A DNA stretch of 64,000 nucleotides from Bacilli bacterium (GTDB lineage Bacteria; Bacillota_I; Bacilli_A; RFN20; CAG-826): the NCBI GenBank assembly GCA_045597865.1, contig JAZLKX010000046.1, forward strand, positions 1 to 64,000, read 5' to 3'. Below are positions 54,809 through 64,000 of the stretch, piece after piece. The notes beneath the pieces were generated by a model. It made no database searches. It was not told the DNA's origin and saw only the letters and a program-made list of their open reading frames with translations. Both the position numbers and the translations under genes were made by a program. Every line of letters begins with the position of its first letter. Position 1 is the first letter of the stretch.

Positions 54809-55684
54809 TTGGAAGATATGACAGAAACAACACCACTTATTAACAAAAAGGTTATCGTAAAACTAATTGATAGACCTTTTATGAAAATCAAAAACAAAGA
54901 CCATTTGGTTAGCAATGGTTTTCACGATGACGCAAAAAAATACCTTACTTGTCCTTTGAACGACAATGGTAAAGGTTATAAAAAAGTATTAACCGACGAA
55001 GAACAAGCGTACTTTGAAGAGTTATTCGACTTGGATAAAGGAGCTATGAGTCCTTATAAAAGAGAGGATAATTATTGGGACACTTTTGAAGTATGCCTAG
55101 AAAAGAAAGACAATTATCTTCATTTGGACAAACCTGAAGATTTCTTGAAATATAAAGTCTTGCTAGCAAACAAAATGATATGTCCTTCTTTGAAAGAATT
55201 AGAAGAAAATCATAAAGCAACATATATCTTTGTAATTATTACAGAAGACGAGGTAAATTACCAAGAAAAAGAAACTTACGATTTAACAAGTAAGGCATAC
55301 AAACTTCTTGGTAAGTTTGAAGATAATAAAGATAAGTTGAAAGTAATACTAGAGGCTATTGAATGTAAACATTTTACAAATGTAAGCATTGACTTCTTGC
55401 GTAACAAAATTAATGTTATTTTGAAAAACGACAACAAAAACATTAATACAAAACTATTTATTAAATACGCAGAAGATAAATATCTAGACCACAAAGTATT
55501 TATTAGGAAATGCCTTGACAATGGTGTATTGGCAAACAAAGGCGGATTGTATTATACAATAGATACAAACCAACCACTAAGTGATGGTAATAATGAAAGC
55601 ACACTAGAAAATGCTGCTATATACCTAGCTAATCCTAAGCATCAAGATTTATATTTGAAACTTAAAGCAAAACTAGAAGCATGA
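54809..55684 (+). CDS. Conserved crAss-like gene downstream of the MCP
   Basis: VLT.EE..YFE, NYW, LDKPEDFLKYKVLLAN, YLANPKHQ. Confidence 0.75.
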   Translation: MEDMTETTPLINKKVIVKLIDRPFMKIKNKDHLVSNGFHDDAKKYLTCPLNDNGKGYKKVLTDEEQAYFEELFDLDKGAMSPYKREDNYWDTFEVCLEKKDNYLHLDKPEDFLKYKVLLANKMICPSLKELEENHKATYIFVIITEDEVNYQEKETYDLTSKAYKLLGKFEDNKDKLKVILEAIECKHFTNVSIDFLRNKINVILKNDNKNINTKLFIKYAEDKYLDHKVFIRKCLDNGVLANKGGLYYTIDTNQPLSDGNNESTLENAAIYLANPKHQDLYLKLKAKLEA

Positions 55685-56433
55685 CAGTAGAAGAAGCAAG
55701 TAGAATATGGGACTTACATTTCAATAATCTAAATAGCAATCAAGCACCTGCTATTGATGATTATGAAAAAAGCATATTCATTACTGATGCACAAGATCAG
55801 TTTATGAATGGAATGCTTATGCCTAGCCATTTGGTTGTAGGTTTACAAAGTGTTTCTATATCTCAACTTGCTAATATAACTGCTACTAGAAAGATAAAAC
55901 CTGTCAAAGCTGATAATCAAACGACTTTATTCTTGCCAACTTTAGGCAAGAGTATTGTCTATGATTTACGCAATGATAAAGAAAAGAATGATATTTTTGC
56001 AATTCTTAATGTTGAGATAGTTTCTAATAACCACAATGTATATACAGCAACATTTTTGAATTTTGACGAAATGGATAGAATACATAGAAAACCTTATCCA
56101 TATCCACCAAAAAGAATTTGTTATGCTTGTATAAGAGAAGATAATAGCATTGAGATATTAGCACACGACAAAGAAGAAATAGAAGAAGTACAACTCAGAT
56201 ACGTAAAACAACCCTATCCTATTATACTTAATAATGGAGATAGTATGGACTTTGCCGACGATGATACTGTAAGAGGAGAAAAAGAATGTTATAGTAAAAA
56301 CCCTGAAAGTATAAGTCCATTGCCTGATAGTATAGTAGAGCAAATAATCAAATTAGCGTGTAGTAATGCTAGCCAAGTTTATCAACAAGGCGGTGCAATG
56401 AATAATAATCAACAACAAAGAGAACAACAATGA
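55681..56433 (+). CDS. Tail ring protein
   Basis: NNLNSNQAPAIDDYEKSIFIT.AQ...RYVKQP.PIIL. Confidence 0.75.
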   Translation: MTVEEASRIWDLHFNNLNSNQAPAIDDYEKSIFITDAQDQFMNGMLMPSHLVVGLQSVSISQLANITATRKIKPVKADNQTTLFLPTLGKSIVYDLRNDKEKNDIFAILNVEIVSNNHNVYTATFLNFDEMDRIHRKPYPYPPKRICYACIREDNSIEILAHDKEEIEEVQLRYVKQPYPIILNNGDSMDFADDDTVRGEKECYSKNPESISPLPDSIVEQIIKLACSNASQVYQQGGAMNNNQQQREQQ

Positions 56434-57191
56434 CAATAGAAGAATTTAGTAACGAGTTTGATGTATTGCTTAATGAGTATTCTCTAGGTGTTGATTTTAG
56501 TAAAGCGCAAACTCCGATAACACTAGACGAATACGAGAAAAGTCTTATTCTAACAAAAATGCAAGAAGAACTTGTTGTTAACCTATATAACGGAGGAGCA
56601 GGAGTTTCTTTTGAAGAAGTAGAACAAAATCGTAAATATCTCTCAAATTTAGTTAGAACAAACATTCTTAGTGTTTTAGAAACACAGATAAAATACGATA
56701 ATAAGAGTATTGTGTATGAAGCTGATTTAAGCGATTTAAACGTACTTTTTAAGACTTATGAACACGTTGTATTAAACGAAGAAGATAAGTGCTTAAATGG
56801 CAAAATAAATAGCGTATATCCAGTAACACAAGACGAATTGTTTAAGACAATACGTAACCCTTTTAGGGGAGTTGACTCTGATAGAGTAATGCGAATGGAT
56901 ATAGCAGACAATAAGGTAGAGTTAGTAAGTAAGTATCATATAAAGAATTACTTTGTTAGATATATAAAAAAACCTAAACCTATTTTGCTTATAGACTTGG
57001 ATTATGGAGATGTATCTATTGATAAGGATATTTTCCCTGAGAATACAAAAAGTAATTGTGAGCTTGATAGTAGCTTACATAGAAAAATACTTGATATGGC
57101 AGTGCAATACACGATACAAAATAAAATGCAATACCTAGGACAAAACAATCAAAATACAAATAATAATAGTAATAATAGTAATAACCAATAA
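56430..57191 (+). CDS. Tail ring protein (paralog)
   Basis: EFSNEFDVL...DEYEKS..LT...NPFRG...RYIKKPKPILL...CELDSSLH..ILD.AV. Confidence 0.8.
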   Translation: MTIEEFSNEFDVLLNEYSLGVDFSKAQTPITLDEYEKSLILTKMQEELVVNLYNGGAGVSFEEVEQNRKYLSNLVRTNILSVLETQIKYDNKSIVYEADLSDLNVLFKTYEHVVLNEEDKCLNGKINSVYPVTQDELFKTIRNPFRGVDSDRVMRMDIADNKVELVSKYHIKNYFVRYIKKPKPILLIDLDYGDVSIDKDIFPENTKSNCELDSSLHRKILDMAVQYTIQNKMQYLGQNNQNTNNNSNNSNNQ

Positions 57192-57202
57192 ACAAAACAG
57201 TT

Positions 57203-58327
57203 ATGGCAATTTTTGAAATGCAAGACGTGGATCAAATCTACGTTGTTAAAGATTACAAAGCAACAGAAGAAGTTAGCGATAATTCGGGTACTTTGTACAA
57301 ATTGAAAAAAGAAGACTTCAAAGGTCAAGATATGTGGCTTAAATACCAAGGCTTCTTTACTCGTGCAATTACCGATATTATGCAAAAGAACAAAATCAAA
57401 CGAGTATCTTTGACAAGAGCAAAAGATATGCGTACTCCACTTAAAGCATTGTGTATGCAATTTGATGATAAAGCATTTTATTCGGACGGTAGCGGTGATT
57501 TGACTACTTATCTAGACAGCGAATATATTGTAAAATTGAGACTTCGTGGCATTACCACAGGTATTACTGACGAAGACGAAATTGTACTTATGGGAGATTG
57601 TCGTGGAGAAAATGGTATGACCAAAGCACAATGTATCAAACGTATGGCACTATCGCTTGCAAAAAATACTTACTACTATGGTGCTTATGTACGTATCTAT
57701 GTTGGTAAAAAAACTCCTGATATTATCAGTGGTGGTACAATGAAATTTGTTCAAAGCGAATGGACCGAAAAGAATATTGATACCAAAATTCCTGATACTG
57801 ATATTGACAGTATTATCGTAAAAGAAATCAAACAACCTTGGGTTATTGGTCTTAATCCTGGTTATGGTATTGATTTCGACCTAGATACTGCTAAATTCAA
57901 TGCAGATGGTGTTGATGTTGCTAATTGGGGTATCGTTGAAGATTGTGGTTATTCAAAAGACGAACTAAGCCAAGCACAATACTCTGCTAACGATGAAGGT
58001 CTTATTATTGTAAGTAATACCGAAGTTGGTTATATCAATGGTCAAAAAATCGCTGACTACGAATATTTCTTGATTGGTATGCGTGGTGATAAACTTCGCC
58101 AAAAAGGTTTTCCTTACAACAAACAAACCAAATGTATGTTGAGCAATGATACCGACAAAGAATACGATGTACTTCGTATTGAGTATTTTTGGAACAGCGA
58201 AATCAACCAAGAAAAATCAAGTAAAGTTTTGGTATTCGTTGGCGAAACAGGTAATCTTGATGGCTTGTTTGATGACCTAAAAGATATGCAAGACGAATTA
58301 CCAAATTGTGAGATTTTAGGAGAATAA
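57203..58327 (+). CDS. Auxiliary capsid protein-like
   Basis: QIYVV start; NG.KIADYEYF..GMRGD..R..GFP...YDVL.I.Y motif. Confidence 0.75.
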   Translation: MAIFEMQDVDQIYVVKDYKATEEVSDNSGTLYKLKKEDFKGQDMWLKYQGFFTRAITDIMQKNKIKRVSLTRAKDMRTPLKALCMQFDDKAFYSDGSGDLTTYLDSEYIVKLRLRGITTGITDEDEIVLMGDCRGENGMTKAQCIKRMALSLAKNTYYYGAYVRIYVGKKTPDIISGGTMKFVQSEWTEKNIDTKIPDTDIDSIIVKEIKQPWVIGLNPGYGIDFDLDTAKFNADGVDVANWGIVEDCGYSKDELSQAQYSANDEGLIIVSNTEVGYINGQKIADYEYFLIGMRGDKLRQKGFPYNKQTKCMLSNDTDKEYDVLRIEYFWNSEINQEKSSKVLVFVGETGNLDGLFDDLKDMQDELPNCEILGE

Positions 58328-58362
58328 TTTTGAATCTCATTATTTTATGTTTTTAATTTTGG

Positions 58363-58394
58363 AAGGTTGTGTTAGAAATAGCACAGCTTTTTTT
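58363..58394 (+). terminator. Intrinsic terminator
   Basis: GGTTGTGTTA-GAAA-TAGCACAGCT plus T tract. Confidence 0.8.
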
Positions 58395-58442
58395 ATTTTA
58401 AAAATTAAGGTATATTTTAAGAAGAATAATGCTATATTTTTG
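58393..58442 (+). promoter_or_regulatory. Late-type promoter
   Basis: TTATTTTAAAAATTAAGGTAT; box ends 35 nt before the end of TATTTTTG. Confidence 0.6.
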
Positions 58443-58455
58443 TAAGAAAAAAATT

Positions 58456-58974
58456 ATGGAAAAACAAAAGGAAATAAGATTATTTAAAGTATCTGATGAC
58501 GGTAAATATTTGATGCTAAACATTCAAAATCCTTTCTTCTTAATGCTTTGCAAACAAAACAAAGATAATAATACTTTTGACGAGATTGTAGAAATAAAAG
58601 ACTTATACGAACTTGTAAGTAAATGTATGCCTATTTGTAGTGGTATAAAGCTAGACAATAATTTCTTTAATAAAGTATTCCCTGAAAAAGAAGTTGACGT
58701 AAGCAAAGACTTGTTTGTTTTGAAAAACGAGAACGGAGAAGTAGTTGCAATGACTTACAACAAGTTACCTATCATAAACGAAATGATGGGATATGTAAGA
58801 GAAACAGCAAAGGCTTGTTGTCCTCCACAAGATTTTATTGATGCAATATTAAGACATGAAGCATTTAATGTTGCTTGTGCTTCTGAACAATGGGAAACCG
58901 CAATCAAATGGTACAAAGAATTTATCTTGAATAAATCTAAAGGTTTTGATTATAAACGCTGTAATTGTGAGTAA
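58456..58974 (+). CDS. Tail hub protein A-like
   Basis: VSDDGKYL; C.PP..FID.IL...AIK.Y; C-terminal CNC; synteny. Confidence 0.6.
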   Translation: MEKQKEIRLFKVSDDGKYLMLNIQNPFFLMLCKQNKDNNTFDEIVEIKDLYELVSKCMPICSGIKLDNNFFNKVFPEKEVDVSKDLFVLKNENGEVVAMTYNKLPIINEMMGYVRETAKACCPPQDFIDAILRHEAFNVACASEQWETAIKWYKEFILNKSKGFDYKRCNCE

Positions 58975-58975
58975 T

Positions 58976-59239
58976 ATGAAAAAGATAGCATTAGAAGATA
59001 TATTATTTGAAGCGTTCCAAAGATATTATAGAACATTGGAGAACTATGGCAGTAAAGACCAAAAATCTGTCAATAGCTTGATTGTTTTGTCTTGGGTGAT
59101 AAACTTTATTAAGAAGTTTAGAAATCGTCTTAAATGCGAAGATATTAAGGCTATAAACGAAATGTTATCTTGTTTATATGGTAGTAATTGTTTAATTCCA
59201 TATCCAAAAGAATTATTAGTAGATGGCGGCAAAGAATAA
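58976..59239 (+). CDS. Tail hub protein B-like
   Basis: RYY..L...G...CLYGSNCLIPYP. Confidence 0.6.
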   Translation: MKKIALEDILFEAFQRYYRTLENYGSKDQKSVNSLIVLSWVINFIKKFRNRLKCEDIKAINEMLSCLYGSNCLIPYPKELLVDGGKE

Positions 59240-59924
59240 AGAAATAGTATATATGATATTAGATGAGTTAAAGGTTCATTCTGATGATAGTTACTTTAAC
59301 GAAAATCATATATTGTTTTTATGTAAGAATTATAGAAATCTTGTATTGCAAGAAACATACAAGTTCAATACTAGAGGAGGTAGTGCAAACGAAAGACCAA
59401 GCGAAACTAACTATCAAGAAGTTTGTTTGGATTTAGAGGAAGAAGATAATGACTTTTGTGAAGGTAGATACTTAAAGAGTATTCAAAAACTTCCGAAAGT
59501 ATCTGCATTAAGTAGCACTACAATTTATCCACAAAATTACTATCCGAATACAAATATAGTATTTAGAAGTAAGGAAGAAATGCGATGGGCTGGTATTAAC
59601 CCAACTCTAAAAAACTTTATCTATGCTAGTATTGGACCAAATAATTACTTGTATTTAAAGAGTTGTAATCCACAATTCAAATATCTAAAAAAGCTAAAAC
59701 TGATGGCGATATTTGAGGATTTTACCGAAGCAAGTAAAATTAGTTGTGAAGCAGATTGTGATATTATGGAAATGGACTTCCCTTTGGAGTCTGACCTAAT
59801 ACCACGACTTATTCAACTAGTAGTACAAGAGTTATTAAATCCTGTTCATAGTTATCCTGTGGATGATACTAACAATGCTAAAGACGATAAATCTAATCAA
59901 CAAACACAACCTAGTCAACAATGA
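59223..59924 (+). CDS. Tail ring protein
   Basis: EIVYMILDELK..SDDSYF...HI.F...NYQ..CLDL...FPLE...D..NNA.D. Confidence 0.75.
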   Translation: MAAKNKEIVYMILDELKVHSDDSYFNENHILFLCKNYRNLVLQETYKFNTRGGSANERPSETNYQEVCLDLEEEDNDFCEGRYLKSIQKLPKVSALSSTTIYPQNYYPNTNIVFRSKEEMRWAGINPTLKNFIYASIGPNNYLYLKSCNPQFKYLKKLKLMAIFEDFTEASKISCEADCDIMEMDFPLESDLIPRLIQLVVQELLNPVHSYPVDDTNNAKDDKSNQQTQPSQQ

Positions 59925-60466
59925 GATTAAATTATAAATATAAGAAGAAATTAAAAACAAGATACGACTTTTACAAAGAGTATGTAAAACCAAAATTAAA
60001 GAGTTTTGCTCGATATAAATTCTTTGAGATATTAGATATATTTATAGGATTGTTTAGAGAAGATTTGCTGAATTATGGTTCGACATTTATTCCAACAATA
60101 GGTTATTTGGAATTGGTGGAAGGTGGGAAACCAAAATTACAACTAGACGAAAATGGTGAAGTAATAACTAAGCATCTAGCTATTAATTGGGGTGAAACAA
60201 GAAAGGCAAGACAAGAATATAATGACGATAGTATGATAATATATTATACTACTAACCCTTTATTTATTCTATTTACTCCACTAAAAAGCAATTTGGAACA
60301 AAGAAAATCTTTTAATACAAAATTTGTAGTATCGAAAGGATTGATGAAAGAGATAAGAGCTAAAATAGAAAACAATGAGCTTGCACCTAAAAAATTAATA
60401 AGGAAATACTATGATAATAAATTGGATAACAAGCAAGGTTGTAATGCCGAGAGTAACGAGCAATGA
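59921..60466 (+). CDS. IHF-like protein of the crAss tail module
   Basis: IG.LEL...INWGETRK; synteny. Confidence 0.55.
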   Translation: MRLNYKYKKKLKTRYDFYKEYVKPKLKSFARYKFFEILDIFIGLFREDLLNYGSTFIPTIGYLELVEGGKPKLQLDENGEVITKHLAINWGETRKARQEYNDDSMIIYYTTNPLFILFTPLKSNLEQRKSFNTKFVVSKGLMKEIRAKIENNELAPKKLIRKYYDNKLDNKQGCNAESNEQ

Positions 60467-61088
60467 CCTACTTAAAAGCGTTGATAAAGAACATCTTATG
60501 GACTTTGCAACTGATTTTGTAAAGTTGCTTAATGTCTATGAACTATATAAAGAGAATGTAACTGTATTAAAAGTAGAAAATTACAGGGCAGTATTACCTT
60601 GTGATATTATGAAACTAATAGCAGTGAGAGATAATAAAACCAAATATCCTTATCTTTCAACTACGGATATTTTCTTTGATAGCGAAGACAAAGTTGAACT
60701 AGCTAAAACATACAAAGTACAAGGTAGTGTAATTTATACATCTAACAAAGAAGGAGAAATAGAAATATGCTACCAATCTCTTAATGTAGATGAAGAAGGT
60801 TTCCCTATGATACCTGATACTACTACATTTAAAGATGCTCTTTTCTACTATATTAAAAACCGAGTATTCGACAACTTGTATGATGTAAGTAAAATATCGG
60901 GACAAGTATTGCAAAAAGCTCAACAAGATTATTCTTGGAAAGTAGCACAAGCAAGCACAGAGTTGAAAGAAATGAACCTAGACCAACTAGAAAGCATTTC
61001 TAATAATTGGAACACTCATATAATTAGAACACACGCACACAAGAGCGGGTTTAGAGATATAAACAAGGAACAACGAATAAATATATGA
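60411..61088 (+). CDS. Tail tubular/ring protein
   Basis: YRAVLPCD, IYTS.KEG.IEI.Y...DEEGFPMIPD, Q.YSW.VAQ. Confidence 0.8.
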   Translation: MIINWITSKVVMPRVTSNDLLKSVDKEHLMDFATDFVKLLNVYELYKENVTVLKVENYRAVLPCDIMKLIAVRDNKTKYPYLSTTDIFFDSEDKVELAKTYKVQGSVIYTSNKEGEIEICYQSLNVDEEGFPMIPDTTTFKDALFYYIKNRVFDNLYDVSKISGQVLQKAQQDYSWKVAQASTELKEMNLDQLESISNNWNTHIIRTHAHKSGFRDINKEQRINI

Positions 61089-61092
61089 TATT

Positions 61093-61428
61093 ATGGAAAT
61101 AGAGATAGGAGAAATTATTAGACTGATTGCTGCAATACTTGGTACAGGTGGTTTAACTAGTTTGCTTTATTACAAAACTAGAAAGAAAAAGATGGACCTG
61201 AAAAATGATAGTGTTGCTATTGTTCAACTAGAACGTGTTTTACACCACATACAAGAAGAACAAGAAAAAGACCGACGAACAATAGAAAAACTAGAACGAT
61301 CGGTAAACAAACTAACAATAGCAATAGAACAAATTAAATATTGTAAATACACAGGTGTTTGTCCTGTAAGACTAAAACTAATAGAAGACAGCCAACAAAA
61401 TGATACAAAATCAGCAACTGATATTTAG
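61093..61428 (+). CDS. Membrane-anchored coiled-coil protein (holin/spanin-like?)
   Basis: IIRLIAAILGTGGLTSLLYY, coiled coil, C.....CP. Confidence 0.5.
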   Translation: MEIEIGEIIRLIAAILGTGGLTSLLYYKTRKKKMDLKNDSVAIVQLERVLHHIQEEQEKDRRTIEKLERSVNKLTIAIEQIKYCKYTGVCPVRLKLIEDSQQNDTKSATDI

Positions 61429-64000
61429 TGGAATGGACAAAGATACTGACGAAAGTAAGTATCAAAAAACCACTTGTCTAGAAAACTTTAATGTTCGATT
61501 CATTAATACTGAGTCGAATGTTATTGGCACGCTCCAAAATGAACGTGATTACAAAGTTATCCTAACTTGTAATAATCTCAACACAGACAATGTAACTTGT
61601 GAAAAAATTATAGGTCATTTAAAATATGACTCCAATAGATTATGTCTCTTTTTTGTTAACCTATTTGGTAATATAGTAGTTGCTGATTTGGAATTTAACG
61701 AACAAACTAAAGAGTTTGATTATGTTAAAAGAGAAGATAATCCACATATTACAACTATACAATATGCAGAAGATGAGATAGTTCAATGTACTTTTGGAGA
61801 AGATACATACGCTAATTATATTTTTTGGACAAGTGAGAACAGCGGTGGTTTGCAAAAATATCTAGTTGATGCAAAGAATGTAAATTTGTTAGGTGAGCCA
61901 GTATTCCCATTTGAAGGTATTACCAAAGTGGAAATACGTGATGGTGGTATGATACCACAAGGTATGGTAAAATACTTTATTTCGACTACTAACGACCTAG
62001 GAGTAGAAAGTAACAAATGGGACACAGACTGGTATTATGTAAAAGATAGTGATATAGAAAAGACTAAACAAATTGTCTTGACATTGAATATCACAAAAGA
62101 AGAACAAAATAAAATAAGAAATGTAATTATATATCGCTTACAACATACTTCGGGAGGTGTAACTGCACATTGTGTAGGTAATTTCCAACCAAGCGAGAGT
62201 ATTGTTATTGATAATGGTACAAGTCAAATACCTATTGACCCTGATTTGCTTTTACAACAAAATCACATAAACGATAATGTGAATTGTTTGAAAGTATTTC
62301 AAGATAGATTGTTTGTTTCTACAAAGAAAGATGATAGCGATATTGAAGCAAAATGGGAAGACGAAAATATAAATTATAGTTTAGTAACAAAAGAATTAGA
62401 TAGTCCTAATGATAGTTTGAGTAAAACAACTCACTTTTACGATGGTAATGGTTATGTTTTCGGATTAGAGTTTTTGGATAGCAATGGAGAAGTAAAACTA
62501 AGAGTAAAGAGCAATAAGTTTGGTTTTGATTACAAACAAGGGAAGTTTGCGAATGGAGTTATGGTGGAAATACCTAATAAATTTAAGGGAGCTTATCCAT
62601 ACGCTAGAGCCTTTGTAGGCACTAGTGAAATACAAAAATTTGTTGAAACTGGTATTGTTAATCCTACATTAGTTTATTACGATAAAGCAGTTATGGGGAC
62701 TAGGTCTTTTAGTGATTGTAAAAACTTTTTTAATAGCTCTGTATTTAGACCTATAATACCAAAATTCGATGTTTATTATCAATCGAAGATAGAATGGATT
62801 ACAGATAGATATGTAAGCAAAAATTCATTAGGTGGCAAAAGTGATGCCTATGAAACAATCGATTATGGTTGTGGATATATAGATGATGTTAATTTAGATA
62901 AAGATTACATTTGTGGGAATCTTAGTAATATAGACCTAATAAATTCTAGTTTTGTTGAGTTTAGAAATGGCTATCCTTTGTTCGCAACAGGCAGTAGAGG
63001 TTGTGAATTTGCATTTTCAAATGTATTAAATGGTTGGTATGGAACTCATTATTATAAAATAGAAAATGGTAGAGAAAATGATGGTGATTTAAAAAAGTTA
63101 GAAACTATAGAATTAAAATTTTATCCTCCAAATGAACAAGGTATAATAGAAACAAGAAAATTATTATATAAAACACATACAGAATTAAAAGAAGGTTCTG
63201 GTAATGTTTGTGTTAATTATAATTTAGTTAATTTGGTTTTGCCAATAGCGAAAGATCCATTGTTTAATATATCTAGCGAATATAAAATAACTAATATTCT
63301 AGAATTTAAAGAATCGACTTGCTATACTTTTGCTGATTTGGATTTAACACAAGGAGAAACAACAGATAATTCACCAACCAAAAAGACAGCATCTACATTT
63401 GGATTAAATGGATTAGTATTTAAAACAAGTGAAGAAAAATATGCTCATAGAATTGGAGTATGTTTGCCTCGTGTAACAATTAATCCAAATTGGAATATAG
63501 AAAGTATTGATGGTAGTGTAACACTAGCAAAAGAGCCTGATGGTGATAATGAATATAATGTTATTTATACACCACTTTACGCACCTTTGAAAGTAGGTGA
63601 TATTGATATAAAACAAAAAACTATCAATATAAGAAAATGTAATCAGATTAAAGCTAAGTATGCTTATGGTGCACCTGAATTAAAACTAGTAAAAATTGAA
63701 CAGTTAGACGAAGTTACACCACTTGTAAAAATAGATAGTTTAAAATTTATAGGAGAAGTATCAACGAATGTTATCAAAACAGATTTTACGTTTGAGAATG
63801 ATATAACAAAATCGTTTGCTGGCTTATTGAATAATAATGATTTTGATTTATTATTTAGTGAATGTGGGTCTCCATTAATAGACTATGCTTGGAAGCCTGA
63901 AAGTATGTCAGTAGAACACCAAGGAACTATTGATATATATTTAAAGCAAGGTCAAATATTATCTCGCTTGTGTGCTGGTGTAAAGTTCAATAACAATTTC
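61400..64000 (+). CDS. Muzzle/tail stabilisation protein (runs off the right edge)
   Basis: ATG 61400; FSGMDKD...SKY...ENFNVR...LQNER N-terminus; frame still open at 64000. Confidence 0.75.
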   Translation, partial: MIQNQQLIFSGMDKDTDESKYQKTTCLENFNVRFINTESNVIGTLQNERDYKVILTCNNLNTDNVTCEKIIGHLKYDSNRLCLFFVNLFGNIVVADLEFNEQTKEFDYVKREDNPHITTIQYAEDEIVQCTFGEDTYANYIFWTSENSGGLQKYLVDAKNVNLLGEPVFPFEGITKVEIRDGGMIPQGMVKYFISTTNDLGVESNKWDTDWYYVKDSDIEKTKQIVLTLNITKEEQNKIRNVIIYRLQHTSGGVTAHCVGNFQPSESIVIDNGTSQIPIDPDLLLQQNHINDNVNCLKVFQDRLFVSTKKDDSDIEAKWEDENINYSLVTKELDSPNDSLSKTTHFYDGNGYVFGLEFLDSNGEVKLRVKSNKFGFDYKQGKFANGVMVEIPNKFKGAYPYARAFVGTSEIQKFVETGIVNPTLVYYDKAVMGTRSFSDCKNFFNSSVFRPIIPKFDVYYQSKIEWITDRYVSKNSLGGKSDAYETIDYGCGYIDDVNLDKDYICGNLSNIDLINSSFVEFRNGYPLFATGSRGCEFAFSNVLNGWYGTHYYKIENGRENDGDLKKLETIELKFYPPNEQGIIETRKLLYKTHTELKEGSGNVCVNYNLVNLVLPIAKDPLFNISSEYKITNILEFKESTCYTFADLDLTQGETTDNSPTKKTASTFGLNGLVFKTSEEKYAHRIGVCLPRVTINPNWNIESIDGSVTLAKEPDGDNEYNVIYTPLYAPLKVGDIDIKQKTINIRKCNQIKAKYAYGAPELKLVKIEQLDEVTPLVKIDSLKFIGEVSTNVIKTDFTFENDITKSFAGLLNNNDFDLLFSECGSPLIDYAWKPESMSVEHQGTIDIYLKQGQILSRLCAGVKFNNNF

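Noticed and set aside
1-64000. TAG (or TGA) stop-codon reassignment, as in some crAss-like phages
   Set aside because: Long structural ORFs are intact in code 11 and the MCP ends in TAG before a terminator. The ORF-track gaps at 1-4288 and 61400-64000 are edge-truncated genes.

Overview
AT-rich 64 kb piece of a crAss-like (Crassvirales-type) phage with Bacteroidota-type TAnnTTTG promoters, in the standard genetic code. The right arm (+ strand, 38.6-64 kb) carries tRNAs, antirepressors, fibre proteins, a scaffold-like gene, the major capsid protein, ring/hub proteins and the start of the muzzle gene. The left end (- strand, 1-9.3 kb) carries virion cargo/ejection genes. The segment between them (9.4-37.5 kb), where crAss-like phages normally keep DNA polymerase, primase and DnaB, has none that I can recognise. 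It has a temperate, host-dependent set instead: tyrosine integrase, CI-like repressor, Xis-like gene, lambda-O-like initiator with internal iterons and a DnaA-N-like tail, DnaC-like loader, PIF1 helicase and ERF. Best leads: (1) a ~1.5 kb leftward transcript (35.1-36.6 kb) that opens with a twister ribozyme and continues through a run of pseudoknots, a D-stem-less tRNA mimic and micro-ORFs; (2) a stand-alone Csx3/Crn3-like ring nuclease, a candidate anti-type III CRISPR gene; (3) tRNA-like genes with remodelled anticodon arms; (4) a six-site palindromic operator network and a fixed-spacing late-promoter box. All family calls are by eye from remembered motifs and synteny. No searches or folding programs were run.
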